Of a DNA stretch of 58,261 bases, positions 38,650 to 48,226 are shown piece by piece. Position 1 is the stretch's first letter. Every line of letters begins with the position of its first letter. The DNA comes from a virus. Lineage: Duplodnaviria > Caudoviricetes. The DNA lies in IMG/VR virus record IMGVR_UViG_3300032304_001710, positions 1-58,261 of that record; one strand, given 5' to 3'. The notes beneath the pieces were generated by a model. It was not told the DNA's origin. It saw only the letters and a list, made by a program, of their open reading frames with translations, and ran no database searches. The position numbers and the translations under genes are program-made.

Positions 38650-38668
38650 TAATATATTCCGCATTGCA
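38650..38668 (+). promoter_or_regulatory. 19-bp box flanked by CTTGA-N4-TCAAG-type palindromes
   Basis: TAATATATTCCGCATTGCA; palindromes at 38631-38644 and 38686-38699. Confidence 0.7.
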
Positions 38669-38811
38669 TAGATAGATACTCCCCGCTTGAGCGGTCAAGC
38701 GTAGGTTCTCTTCTTCATATACTATCTACGCATACACGTATATGTACATAACACGTAACACGTGTGTACGCATACTCGCTCGCTCGCGTTTCCTTTCTTG
38801 CTGGAATCGCT

Positions 38812-38872
38812 CGAAAAAAAATTCCAAAATTATTGAATAGCTATAGCGTAGTTGGTCGAATTATGGTATACT
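38812..38872 (+). promoter_or_regulatory. Putative early promoter region A
   Basis: A-tracts then GAATAGCTAT...TAGTTG...TTATGGTATACT; similar to 48058-48130. Confidence 0.5.
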
Positions 38873-39003
38873 TGAATTGACGATCGGAAAACGTCTCAAA
38901 TTGAGACAACGCCGATTATCATTTTGCGAATCGATACAATTTTAATCGTTTCAAAATTGTATCGATTATCATCGTTGAAACGAATCATTAAAGGATTTTA
39001 GTT

Positions 39004-39294
39004 ATGTTTGTGTTATGGCGTTTTGTAGGGCTTAAACCAGCAAAGTCTGGTAAGGTAGGAGTGCAGCGACTTAGGTGCTACTGGAAAGTACACGGTACAT
39101 TCGAATCAATGGACGCTGCAATAGCTGAGATAGACAATACTCATGAGCGTTGTAAGCGTTACTTAAAAGACGCTTCGTGGTTAATAATACACAATACAAA
39201 AGTTGTATTCGATCATATATCTGATGACGGATACATAGCGAACATCTACACTGAAGTCGGACCCAGTTATATACAGAACGGAGTTAAATCATGA
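39004..39294 (+). CDS. Hypothetical early protein
   Basis: AAGGA RBS; first ORF of a packed small-gene cluster. Confidence 0.55.
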   Translation: MFVLWRFVGLKPAKSGKVGVQRLRCYWKVHGTFESMDAAIAEIDNTHERCKRYLKDASWLIIHNTKVVFDHISDDGYIANIYTEVGPSYIQNGVKS

Positions 39295-39509
39295 ATTCGT
39301 CGTACTATATGGTTCAAGTCTACTTCCAAGATAAATGGGTAGACTTAGTTGGTGGTAAGTTTTCATACGACAAAGATGAAATGCAAGACGAAGCACTACA
39401 ACTAGCTAATGCTGTAGAAGCGTACAACTTAGCTATAAAACGTGCTCCAAATTACCATCACCGGATCATCCAAGTCAATGTAGTTCAATTCAATAACATA
39501 AAGTATTAA
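39291..39509 (+). CDS. Hypothetical early protein
   Basis: ATGA coupling; GGAG RBS. Confidence 0.55.
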   Translation: MNSSYYMVQVYFQDKWVDLVGGKFSYDKDEMQDEALQLANAVEAYNLAIKRAPNYHHRIIQVNVVQFNNIKY

Positions 39510-39514
39510 TTATC

Positions 39515-39877
39515 ATGGCATTACTTATGCAAGTGTACATTGCTTGTCGAATTGAAGGTCAAGAAGACAATCAAAGACGCATCAACCAGCACAAGTGTTT
39601 GACTGAGAACGTCTCAGCAAAGACAATGGTAGTTAGACTCAACTACGATGAATGGAATCATAACGCCCCACCATCAACGTCAATTGACGGAGTTCTAGTA
39701 CGCTGTTACTTCAACAGAGTTGACAGAGACAGTAACTACATCATTGCATACGGTACTAAAAAGTGTCTTTCCAAACGTGCAATCATGCAGTTCTTGGAAC
39801 GATACCCACTTGTCGAACCAGATCAAGTACAGAAAAAAGTACCTTTTTACAATCCACCCTCACTTCAATACGCTTAG
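39515..39877 (+). CDS. Hypothetical early protein
   Basis: Packed ORF. Confidence 0.55.
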   Translation: MALLMQVYIACRIEGQEDNQRRINQHKCLTENVSAKTMVVRLNYDEWNHNAPPSTSIDGVLVRCYFNRVDRDSNYIIAYGTKKCLSKRAIMQFLERYPLVEPDQVQKKVPFYNPPSLQYA

Positions 39878-39896
39878 TCAAAGGTTTTACTAGATA

Positions 39897-40196
39897 ATGT
39901 CTTCAATCAAAATTCAAACGCTACTCAGTCCAACTGAATTTTTCGAAGCAATGAAACTACGTGAAACTCGTAATTTACTTCTTGAAAAACTATGTCGCCC
40001 TCAAGGAGTATCTCTACATTGTGGTAGGACCGACTTAGAAAACGTGCTAGTAATCGATGTCATTATATCTGAGTACTACAAAGATAACACTTGCATCGAA
40101 TACGCTCCAAGAGCTGAAGAAAGCGATCATTGGATAAAACTCGAAAATTGCCCAACTGACTTCGCATCAACCAAATACAGAAAGATAGCAAAATGA
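39897..40196 (+). CDS. Hypothetical early protein
   Basis: Packed ORF; AAGG RBS. Confidence 0.55.
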   Translation: MSSIKIQTLLSPTEFFEAMKLRETRNLLLEKLCRPQGVSLHCGRTDLENVLVIDVIISEYYKDNTCIEYAPRAEESDHWIKLENCPTDFASTKYRKIAK

Positions 40197-40381
40197 AAAT
40201 CCGACAAGCACTAAAAATTCGAAAACGCTGTTTTCTGAATGTTCAATACTACGATAATTACACGCCAAAGGACTTAAACTACAAACAATCAACAAAAGAT
40301 AAGTCATGGGACTTATTTTGGAGTCTTCCTTATAGAAATAACTTAACTCGTACCTGGGTCAAAAAATTTTTAACAAAATAA
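40193..40381 (+). CDS. Hypothetical early protein
   Basis: ATGA coupling. Confidence 0.5.
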   Translation: MKIRQALKIRKRCFLNVQYYDNYTPKDLNYKQSTKDKSWDLFWSLPYRNNLTRTWVKKFLTK

Positions 40382-40389
40382 ATCAAATC

Positions 40390-40932
40390 ATGCAAACACA
40401 AAAACCCGTCATCGTACTAGACCGTTCACTAGCTCTTGTCAATGCTATATCGGAAGCATTGCAATTCTACAAACAGAAAGGTAACTCGTACAGCATTGAT
40501 AGAGTAGACCAAAGAGCTAGAGCTGCTTTACTTGAAACATTCTTACCACGTGGTTCAGGAATCGACTCAGGAACAAAGATCGATTTAGATAAATCAGAAC
40601 CAAACAAGATCGTACTAACCTTTGATTATCATCATATGGATGAACACGGTTACTATGATGGTTGGTCTTGTGGTTGGAAAGCGATCATTACCCCAACTTT
40701 TCAATGTTTTAGTGGTATTGATATCCAGATTAAGTCTGGCAAGTTTAATAGTAGGTCACACAGTAGACGTTACAACGACGACAATTTCAAAGACTACTTG
40801 TACGAAACCTATTACTACGTGCTTGGACTACCAATAGTTCACGCATACGATCAAACCAACTGTGAAGTAGTGTACTTCTCATTGGACGAAGCTAAACGTA
40901 AATTCCCTGACTCTAACATTTGGAAACCCTAA
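40390..40932 (+). CDS. Conserved phage hypothetical protein (LPxGSGID...YHHMDEHGYYDGW)
   Basis: Recognisable motif of a phage family of unknown function. Confidence 0.65.
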   Translation: MQTQKPVIVLDRSLALVNAISEALQFYKQKGNSYSIDRVDQRARAALLETFLPRGSGIDSGTKIDLDKSEPNKIVLTFDYHHMDEHGYYDGWSCGWKAIITPTFQCFSGIDIQIKSGKFNSRSHSRRYNDDNFKDYLYETYYYVLGLPIVHAYDQTNCEVVYFSLDEAKRKFPDSNIWKP

Positions 40933-41270
40933 CCGTGTACATAACCACCAAGTATCTAGGACCAACTACTAACAAAGGATCACGTATCCAGTTCTCTTTG
41001 GTTGACAACTGCAAACGAGAATACTACAAAGAATTCTCATATCATGATGACGCCCCAGCAAACTTCACAATACCATTCAAAAGAACCAAGTATGTTACAA
41101 CTCTTTTCAGAAACGAGCAAACAATGATTTACAGACTTGAACAGTACATCGCGTACTTAAACAAAGAACGCGGACTTGACTGGAAACCAACTGACTTTGT
41201 TATGACTCGGCTTGAGTCATGTCAATACATCTTCACTTTAAAAATGCACACAATCGAACTAGGAGAGTAG
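40920..41270 (+). CDS. Hypothetical protein (ITTKYLGPTxxKGSRI motif)
   Basis: Motif common in phage early proteins. Confidence 0.6.
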   Translation: METLTVYITTKYLGPTTNKGSRIQFSLVDNCKREYYKEFSYHDDAPANFTIPFKRTKYVTTLFRNEQTMIYRLEQYIAYLNKERGLDWKPTDFVMTRLESCQYIFTLKMHTIELGE

Positions 41271-41277
41271 TAATACT

Positions 41278-41559
41278 ATGACAGATGAACTTATCATTAA
41301 CATGCTTGTTTCTGCATCAAAAAAAGCTAGAAATGCTATAATTGAAGAAGCTAAAGAGATTGAACTAGATGTACCTGATGCACTAAAAATAGTATTACTA
41401 GCTAATGTAGTGCATGGTGGATTTATTCTAAATCTATCAAAAGAGCCATCAACGGCAATATACGGAGTGATATTTAAGAATTTACTAGAACAATTACTAC
41501 TTGAAAAAGAAGTACTGCTAGAAGCAGCTAAAAACATCCAACAAAAAAATAGAAGTTAA
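41278..41559 (+). CDS. Hypothetical protein
   Basis: Packed ORF. Confidence 0.5.
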   Translation: MTDELIINMLVSASKKARNAIIEEAKEIELDVPDALKIVLLANVVHGGFILNLSKEPSTAIYGVIFKNLLEQLLLEKEVLLEAAKNIQQKNRS

Positions 41560-41605
41560 AACTGTTAAACGATTCAATTATCTATCTACTTCAGGAGAAG
41601 TCACA

Positions 41606-43192
41606 ATGCCAGTTCGTAAAACATCAAAGACCAAGAAGATCGAAACAAAGACACCGAAAGTCAAGAAGACCGGACACACTTTAACAGCAGAACAATCTGC
41701 GATCAAAGACGCTCTCAGTACTGACAACAACATCATCGTCGTAGCACGTGCCGGTACTGGTAAGTCCAGCACCATTGAAGCCATTGCTCCACGTGGCAGC
41801 GTTATTCTATGCTTCAACAAAGCACCAGCAGATGAAATGGCAGAACGTCTAGGCTCAGGCCGCGAAGCTAGCACGTTTCATAAGTTCGGTATGGCACTTA
41901 TGCCTAAAGGATCATGGATGGACAAAGGCGGTTTCGGTATGCGTGAACGTATCCAAACTGTTGCGTTTCGCGGCAACAAACCAACCCATGCAAACGAGTA
42001 CAAACTTCAATCCAGTATCGACAAGTCTGTATCATGGCTCATGACTATGGCAGCCAAACCTGATGTTAGTCTCGAAGACGCAATGAAGATTCTACGTGAT
42101 GAAGGATATGGCAGACTTCAAATCGAAAACCCAGTTGAAGAAGTAGTTGAACATGCAGTTCGAGTACTACAACTCTGTACTGAACGTACCAACGGGAAAT
42201 ACGGTACTGGTTTTAACTACAACTTTGATATGATGCTCTGGCTACCCTACATCAATGGTTGGGGTGCTGGGTCAGTTGACAACCTATTCGTTGACGAGGC
42301 CCAGGACACCAATCCACTACGTATGGCCCTTGCCCTTCAATGGGGTAATCGAATCGTAGCAGTAGGTGATGACCGCCAAGCTATCTACGCATTCAACGGA
42401 TCAATGTCTGATTCTCTTTCTCTTCTCCAGGAAAAGACTCAGGCGGTACAGCTTCCACTTACTTGCTGTTGGCGATGCCCAAGTACACACTTGGATATGG
42501 CTAGAGCAATTGTCCCTGATATCAAAGACCGTCCAGATTGTCCACCAGGAGAAATCATCAACGGTGATGGTATCGAGTACGATCAACTACCCGAAGACGG
42601 TGTACTGATTATGTCCCGTACCAATGCTCCATTGATTCGACACTTCTTACGAATGCGTAAAGAGATCAGCAATCAAAAAGTTGTATTCTTCGCATCAGAA
42701 GGAATTGCCAATTCAATGAAGTCTCTTATTGGATGGAACTTGAAAGGTAGTTTCGACGCTTCATGGAGACAACAGTTCGATATGAAGCTAGACAAATCAA
42801 TTGTACGTTGTCCAAGTGCAATGGCTAAAGCAGTCTTACTTGACTACAAAGAGTGTATCGTAGAACTGTACGACGCTAACAAGTTCAATACAGTCAAAGA
42901 AGTGCATGACTTCCTAGACGAAGAATTCAAGAAACCAGACGAGTCTGCCAAAGACCCTGCATACAAGACAGCAATCAAGTTATCCTCTATCCACTCCAGC
43001 AAAGGTTTAGAGCACAACAAGACAATCATTTACGGTACATCGAGTCTCCCTCACCCACTAGCTAAGAAGCCTTGGGAGAAGATGCAAGAATCAAACCTAG
43101 AGTACGTAGCTCTAACCCGTAGCAAACAATCAATGACCTTGATTCCATGCAACGGAAGTAGTGTCGAATCCGAAGAAGTAGGAGAAGAGTAA
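41606..43192 (+). CDS. UvrD/Rep-like superfamily 1 helicase
   Basis: ARAGTGKS, FVDEAQD, VGDDRQAIYAF, SIHSSKGLE and YVALTRSK motifs. Confidence 0.9.
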   Translation: MPVRKTSKTKKIETKTPKVKKTGHTLTAEQSAIKDALSTDNNIIVVARAGTGKSSTIEAIAPRGSVILCFNKAPADEMAERLGSGREASTFHKFGMALMPKGSWMDKGGFGMRERIQTVAFRGNKPTHANEYKLQSSIDKSVSWLMTMAAKPDVSLEDAMKILRDEGYGRLQIENPVEEVVEHAVRVLQLCTERTNGKYGTGFNYNFDMMLWLPYINGWGAGSVDNLFVDEAQDTNPLRMALALQWGNRIVAVGDDRQAIYAFNGSMSDSLSLLQEKTQAVQLPLTCCWRCPSTHLDMARAIVPDIKDRPDCPPGEIINGDGIEYDQLPEDGVLIMSRTNAPLIRHFLRMRKEISNQKVVFFASEGIANSMKSLIGWNLKGSFDASWRQQFDMKLDKSIVRCPSAMAKAVLLDYKECIVELYDANKFNTVKEVHDFLDEEFKKPDESAKDPAYKTAIKLSSIHSSKGLEHNKTIIYGTSSLPHPLAKKPWEKMQESNLEYVALTRSKQSMTLIPCNGSSVESEEVGEE

Positions 43193-43193
43193 C

Positions 43194-43436
43194 ATGATCA
43201 AAGAGAAACTTTATCGTTGTGAGTTTGTGGGTAAACTAACCAATGCTTCGGGTATCATGTACCCATTCACTGTAGAAATACGATGTACACCAGATCGTAT
43301 TCTAAACACACTGTACAAACAGTATGATCATATCAGAGGTCTTACAGTCTCTTCAGAAAACGTTGTACTTCAAGTATTATACACGTCATCTACAGACAAA
43401 ATTGGTGGTGTAGTTCAAACTTGGGAGCACTCATAA
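43194..43436 (+). CDS. Hypothetical protein
   Basis: Packed ORF. Confidence 0.5.
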   Translation: MIKEKLYRCEFVGKLTNASGIMYPFTVEIRCTPDRILNTLYKQYDHIRGLTVSSENVVLQVLYTSSTDKIGGVVQTWEHS

Positions 43437-43557
43437 TGCAGTTAAATGATGATGATGGTGAATGGGTAGAATCGCCCTATGTTGAAAAACTAATCTGTAT
43501 CGGAGCTTTAGTTCTGATACTATCAATCACAGCAGTCTCTTATTTCCTTTGGTAGTC

Positions 43558-43576
43558 TATTAAATTCCACATTGCA
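43558..43576 (+). promoter_or_regulatory. 19-bp box
   Basis: TATTAAATTCCACATTGCA. Confidence 0.7.
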
Positions 43577-43591
43577 TAAAGGTACATACTC

Positions 43592-44110
43592 ATGGCAGTT
43601 TCAAACATTCAAGTCCCAGTTCCAGCCTTAATTAAAGACCATCCAATCCGTATGATGGTACTATATCCATCAGGACAAGACCCACGTAATAAAAATACTG
43701 AGCTATACTTAGCTTCGTTGTTCAAACATGAAGTAGACGCTGTTACCGATCCAATGGTATACGATATTATTAAAGATCGTAGGTTTCAACATATCGATAT
43801 GGGAAAGTATTTCGTCAACTACAGGTACTCTGATTCAAAGTATCATCTTTACCTTTGCGTCAATGCTGACTGTGCGTTCCCACCACACTATTTAGTCGCA
43901 GCAGACTCAATAGAAGAAGCACACGACGAATTTTTGACTGAGACAGATTCGTGTCTCATCGAAGAATCAGACCTAAAAGACTACGATCAAGATTCGTTAC
44001 GATACGACGACAATGGTAGACCAATGGATACTGATTCGCTACAGATTCGACAACTCAGTATCATTCTAATCTCATTCGTTGATTACGCTGATATGAAAGT
44101 GCAAGATTAA
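43592..44110 (+). CDS. Hypothetical protein
   Basis: Downstream of a 19-bp box and AAGGT RBS. Confidence 0.6.
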   Translation: MAVSNIQVPVPALIKDHPIRMMVLYPSGQDPRNKNTELYLASLFKHEVDAVTDPMVYDIIKDRRFQHIDMGKYFVNYRYSDSKYHLYLCVNADCAFPPHYLVAADSIEEAHDEFLTETDSCLIEESDLKDYDQDSLRYDDNGRPMDTDSLQIRQLSIILISFVDYADMKVQD

Positions 44111-44112
44111 TC

Positions 44113-44478
44113 ATGGCTAAGAAAAAAGCTAAAGTGAAAGAAGCATCTGTACCAGTTGAACCTAAACCATTCAAAGAACTGCACCCATTCTACATAGAAG
44201 ATCACTTACCTAAATTGGGTAGTCATGTTGGGGAATGTAAGTGCTGGTATTGTGATAAAGTACTTATCAAAAATGGCCTACGAATGGTGAATGCTGATTC
44301 AATTCAACTGTTACTATCTGGTGACTTTGCTCACAAAAATTGTCAAGCTCAAGTCAAACCAGGTCCAGCATACGCTAAAGCTAGAGCTAGTTACAATTCT
44401 GAATGTAAGCGTAACTTAGAACGACACATGAAATTTGCAAAGACACACCCAGTTAAACTCACAGTAACCAAAACATAA
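44113..44478 (+). CDS. Hypothetical Zn-binding protein
   Basis: CWYC...HKNC motif. Confidence 0.55.
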   Translation: MAKKKAKVKEASVPVEPKPFKELHPFYIEDHLPKLGSHVGECKCWYCDKVLIKNGLRMVNADSIQLLLSGDFAHKNCQAQVKPGPAYAKARASYNSECKRNLERHMKFAKTHPVKLTVTKT

Positions 44479-44488
44479 GAAAACAAAA

Positions 44489-44887
44489 ATGCCAAGTAGC
44501 AAATTAGTAACAATTCCAACAATGAATACCAAGACTGGTAAGATGGACAAATATCAAGCAACAACTTGGTCAGTACCAGAAACACCATTCATCGTAAACA
44601 TCACCCCAGGATACGAAAACGAAGAAAAGCGTAGATACACCATCACACACAAACACACTGGATGGGCTGTACTGTTGTGCGGTGCAGTAACACGTAAGTC
44701 TGCGATTGAAGCAGCAAGATTACTCTTCGACAATTACCCATCACCATTGAAGGTTGCAATGAAGAACACCGTCTTCACACCGCATGAACTCCAAAATCAA
44801 ATCAGAACAATACTAGACAAAAGAACAAACATGACAACTTGGAACCAAGCCAAGATCGTAGCTCTAGCATGTCTCAAACAGTCATAG
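44489..44887 (+). CDS. Hypothetical protein
   Basis: Packed ORF. Confidence 0.55.
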   Translation: MPSSKLVTIPTMNTKTGKMDKYQATTWSVPETPFIVNITPGYENEEKRRYTITHKHTGWAVLLCGAVTRKSAIEAARLLFDNYPSPLKVAMKNTVFTPHELQNQIRTILDKRTNMTTWNQAKIVALACLKQS

Positions 44888-45352
44888 GATACATGTTATG
44901 GATGATATAGAAGTCTTACAAAAATTACTCAAAATAGTTAGTGAATATTGTGATACGTTTCAAGGAACTAAAGTAGTTACACTTTCAATGCTTATGAGAA
45001 TGATTGAAAGAGCTATTGAAGAACTCGAAGATGAAGCAGAACAACCAGAACACCCAGGGGACCCATTCTAATCATGGTAAGGACGCTACTACTACTACTC
45101 ACACTGGCAACTCTCATGGGTTGTCAGTCAGTTGGTGTAACACTCAAAGCTACGCCTTCATTACGTGACCCATCCCGTTTCGAATACTCAGTGGAGTTTA
45201 CAGATCGTGTGGCAAACAAAAACATTCAAAACAAAAGAAGCTATGAATAAATGGTTAGTCAAACGACTCACAAAAATCGAATACCAAGAAATCTTTATCA
45301 ACAACGGTTACGGCATACAGTATAGATGGCTTGGTAACTGGAAACTTTAACT

Positions 45353-45616
45353 ATGACGTTTTACATAATGTCAAGAGAACGAACAGAATTAATAGTCAGT
45401 CCACATATTCAATTGTATCTTTGTAAACCTAACAGACCTGCATTGAAAGGTATTCCAATTTATGCAGTTAGAGTTTTGTTATCATTAGAACAATTCGAAA
45501 AACTGATGAATGATCCTATTCGTAATAAAGGCCCAAGTACAAATGCAATTTATCCTTGGAATGTAATTGACTACCTTTCAAACATCGACCCAAGAAAGCA
45601 ACAACGAAAGTCATGA
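45353..45616 (+). CDS. Hypothetical protein
   Basis: Packed ORF. Confidence 0.5.
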   Translation: MTFYIMSRERTELIVSPHIQLYLCKPNRPALKGIPIYAVRVLLSLEQFEKLMNDPIRNKGPSTNAIYPWNVIDYLSNIDPRKQQRKS

Positions 45617-45990
45617 CAACAAGACACGGCACTAATCACTTTGATACTTGGGCGTCTGCTTTCAAGTATTACGTAAACTTAAACTATGCAAGAAAAGATG
45701 TTGTTAAAATGGTATCTGAAGGTATCATTAACATTGGTGAACCAACTATCTCCACTGAACAACGTCTATACTTAGACCGTGATGGACGTTACTACACTGA
45801 GTTTGTAGATGGTAGCATTCTCTCACCGTCTTTACTCTTAGATGATACTGCAAGAGCATACGGAAAATCCTCAAAGACGATCATCGATAACAATGAACAA
45901 CCACAATGGCTCAAAGACTACATGAAAGAACATAGACACGAATTCACACAAGGATGGAAGGAGCAAACTGATGTTACCAATGACAGTTAA
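45613..45990 (+). CDS. Hypothetical protein
   Basis: ATGA coupling. Confidence 0.55.
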   Translation: MTTRHGTNHFDTWASAFKYYVNLNYARKDVVKMVSEGIINIGEPTISTEQRLYLDRDGRYYTEFVDGSILSPSLLLDDTARAYGKSSKTIIDNNEQPQWLKDYMKEHRHEFTQGWKEQTDVTNDS

Positions 45991-46405
45991 AGTAGCAACG
46001 TGTACTCGATGCAATAAGGATATTTTCTCTTCTCCAGAAAGTATCAGCACAGGGTACGGACTCGATAAAGACAACAATCGAATCTGTTATGATTGCTGTG
46101 CAGTTCTCGACAAAGAACGTATGCGACAAGACGGTAAGATCACACTATACCTGACTTGCGAACCAGCAAGTAAGATCAAGTCTAAAGATGGTAGAATTTG
46201 CCGTAGTAAAGTATCCAACTGGCCTGGAACACTTGAGTTCATTTGTCACACAACAGTTGGCAAACATAACATAGCAAAAGTTAGGTACGATTGTTGGTTC
46301 ATATTTGAAGGTTACTACTGGCATGGTGTTAGGTACGGTGACAACACTCAGGTATGTCATTGCAAACGTACTAAAGACGTAGCTCCACCTATCACAACCT
46401 CATAA
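45971..46405 (+). CDS. Hypothetical Zn-finger protein
   Basis: CTRC...TGYG...CYDC motif. Confidence 0.6.
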   Translation: MLPMTVKVATCTRCNKDIFSSPESISTGYGLDKDNNRICYDCCAVLDKERMRQDGKITLYLTCEPASKIKSKDGRICRSKVSNWPGTLEFICHTTVGKHNIAKVRYDCWFIFEGYYWHGVRYGDNTQVCHCKRTKDVAPPITTS

Positions 46406-46444
46406 GTACTCTATCAATGAAATAATAGTGGAGAAAACCAAATC

Positions 46445-46729
46445 ATGAACATCGAAGACCTACCAGAAGAAGACCCAAACGGTGCATTCAAAAAACCAAG
46501 GCTACTACCAAGTAATGTTGTAGTACCAGTGAAGAAAACTGTTATGTACGAAGTGCCAAATGGTGAACTACATATTACGCTTAAAAACAACTCTTACTAT
46601 GTTGAGTACCACAATCCATTGTTCGTAGGCAATCCATTCAAACTTAACTCGTGCTTTAGTACAACATTTACAATCGAACAAATCGTTAATAGTTCTGAAG
46701 TAATAGGTTTCCTATCTCGTTTCAAATAA
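46445..46729 (+). CDS. Hypothetical protein
   Basis: GGAG RBS. Confidence 0.55.
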   Translation: MNIEDLPEEDPNGAFKKPRLLPSNVVVPVKKTVMYEVPNGELHITLKNNSYYVEYHNPLFVGNPFKLNSCFSTTFTIEQIVNSSEVIGFLSRFK

Positions 46730-46740
46730 GGCATCCAATC

Positions 46741-47271
46741 ATGGCTAATGTAGATCGACTCAAACAAGTACGTATGGCAATTGTAAACTTCGAAGAGAAT
46801 TTTCATTACAAGTACATATTTTCAATTACAAAAAAATACAACGATAATAGTATTGAAACGTACCCTACTGAAAACATAGATGTAAATGCCGTTCTCAAAC
46901 ATCATCGAAATACAAATACGGAATGCGGCACTAATGCTTGTATCGTAGGTTTCACTCTTGCTATTCAAACCTCAGAAGTTGTACAATCAATTTCTAATAA
47001 CTTACATGAATTTCAATTTGCTACTCAATGGCTCGATCTTACTAAAGATGAGTCACATTGGTTATTCCAGCCAGAAGGTGACGAATACTCCAATTCCATT
47101 CAAAAATGGAACAACAGAACTTCAACTAAGTATAAAGGGCATCTAGCTCTATACCCATACGACAATTCATTTACTTCTTACTTGAGTTGTACTAGAGAAC
47201 AAGGTTACTTCGAAGCACTTCGACGCATTGACTACTTGATCGAACATTATAGCAATGCCAACAGTAACTAA
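46741..47271 (+). CDS. Hypothetical protein (CGTxACxxG motif)
   Basis: ECGTNACIVG motif seen in phage proteins. Confidence 0.6.
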   Translation: MANVDRLKQVRMAIVNFEENFHYKYIFSITKKYNDNSIETYPTENIDVNAVLKHHRNTNTECGTNACIVGFTLAIQTSEVVQSISNNLHEFQFATQWLDLTKDESHWLFQPEGDEYSNSIQKWNNRTSTKYKGHLALYPYDNSFTSYLSCTREQGYFEALRRIDYLIEHYSNANSN

Positions 47272-47554
47272 CAAAGACTGGCCGTTCAAGGTAATGATTA
47301 CCGAAGACAGTACACTTTCTCTTCTTCCTCTCCAGGAAGAGGCAAGCGTAGCGTTGCTGTTGGATATAGGTAATTACTACTTAGTACTTGATCGCACAGT
47401 AGAAATGTTAGGTATTGATTACAACGTATCAAAATTAGGACAACGAACCATCAAATGGAATCTACTAAACAAAAACAATTGGAGATCAATTGATAAGTTG
47501 TTAAACGATATCCAAGAAGTTACTGGTACAATGGTAATTCGATCATCCATCTAA
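47255..47554 (+). CDS. Hypothetical protein
   Basis: Last ORF of the early cluster; its stop overlaps a 19-bp box. Confidence 0.5.
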   Translation: MPTVTNKDWPFKVMITEDSTLSLLPLQEEASVALLLDIGNYYLVLDRTVEMLGIDYNVSKLGQRTIKWNLLNKNNWRSIDKLLNDIQEVTGTMVIRSSI

Positions 47555-47570
47555 TAAATTCATCATTGCA
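47552..47570 (+). promoter_or_regulatory. 19-bp box
   Basis: TAATAAATTCATCATTGCA. Confidence 0.7.
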
Positions 47571-47582
47571 TAGGTGTGTATG

Positions 47583-47744
47583 CTTGAGCATTCAAGTGCG
47601 TGCTCGGCTTAGAAACCTATATCTAATACGATGACAGTAAAGCACCATCTATACTCTCAGTAGATGGTGCTTGAGGACTCAAGTGCGTGTGCCGGTCTTC
47701 AACGACTATCCGTACAATGTCCCGCTTATACCCTCAAGTGCGTG
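47583..47744 (+). repeat. Three CTT(GA)-N4-TCAAGTGCGTG units
   Basis: TCAAGTGCGTG at 47592, 47679 and 47734. Confidence 0.75.
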
Positions 47745-48057
47745 CAGGTTGAATGCTAGCCAACCCCTACTAAGGGTTCTCTTCTCATGATACGTACTAG
47801 GCCGCATACTAGGCCGGACCGGACCCCCCAAAAGGGGGGTATTTAACCCTTCGGAGTGTTGGGGGTGTTGGGGGGTGTCTGTATCTTCGTGGATGCCTCT
47901 AGCTTGACCTGAGAACGTTTCGGACCCCTTACCCTACCTAGAGGACCCTAGCCATCAGACCCCCCTTAGAATCGATTCTAGGGGCCTTCCCATACCCATT
48001 AGAAAAACTAATCCTACGCCGGTTCTGACCCCATAGGGGAGATCGGACCCAACCAGC

Positions 48058-48130
48058 CGAAAAAAACTTTTGAAAATCTTTTCAGAATAGCTATTCTCTA
48101 GTTGACTAACTAACCGACTTATGGGATACT
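48058..48130 (+). promoter_or_regulatory. Putative early promoter region B
   Basis: CGAAAAAAA...GAATAGCTAT...TAGTTGACT...TTATGGGATACT; similar to region A. Confidence 0.5.
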
Positions 48131-48226
48131 AGTTAATAGTTGGAACTATTCCAACTTGGGAAAGCATCCCCCCTACTTTTTAACGGATGCAAAGCAGATC
48201 GGCAGAGATGCCAAAGGATTACGACC

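Noticed and set aside
47583-47744. CRISPR array
   Set aside because: Repeat cores are about 11-21 nt with irregular spacing (87 and 55 nt) and there is no cas operon; the PD-(D/E)XK nuclease sits in a recombination module.
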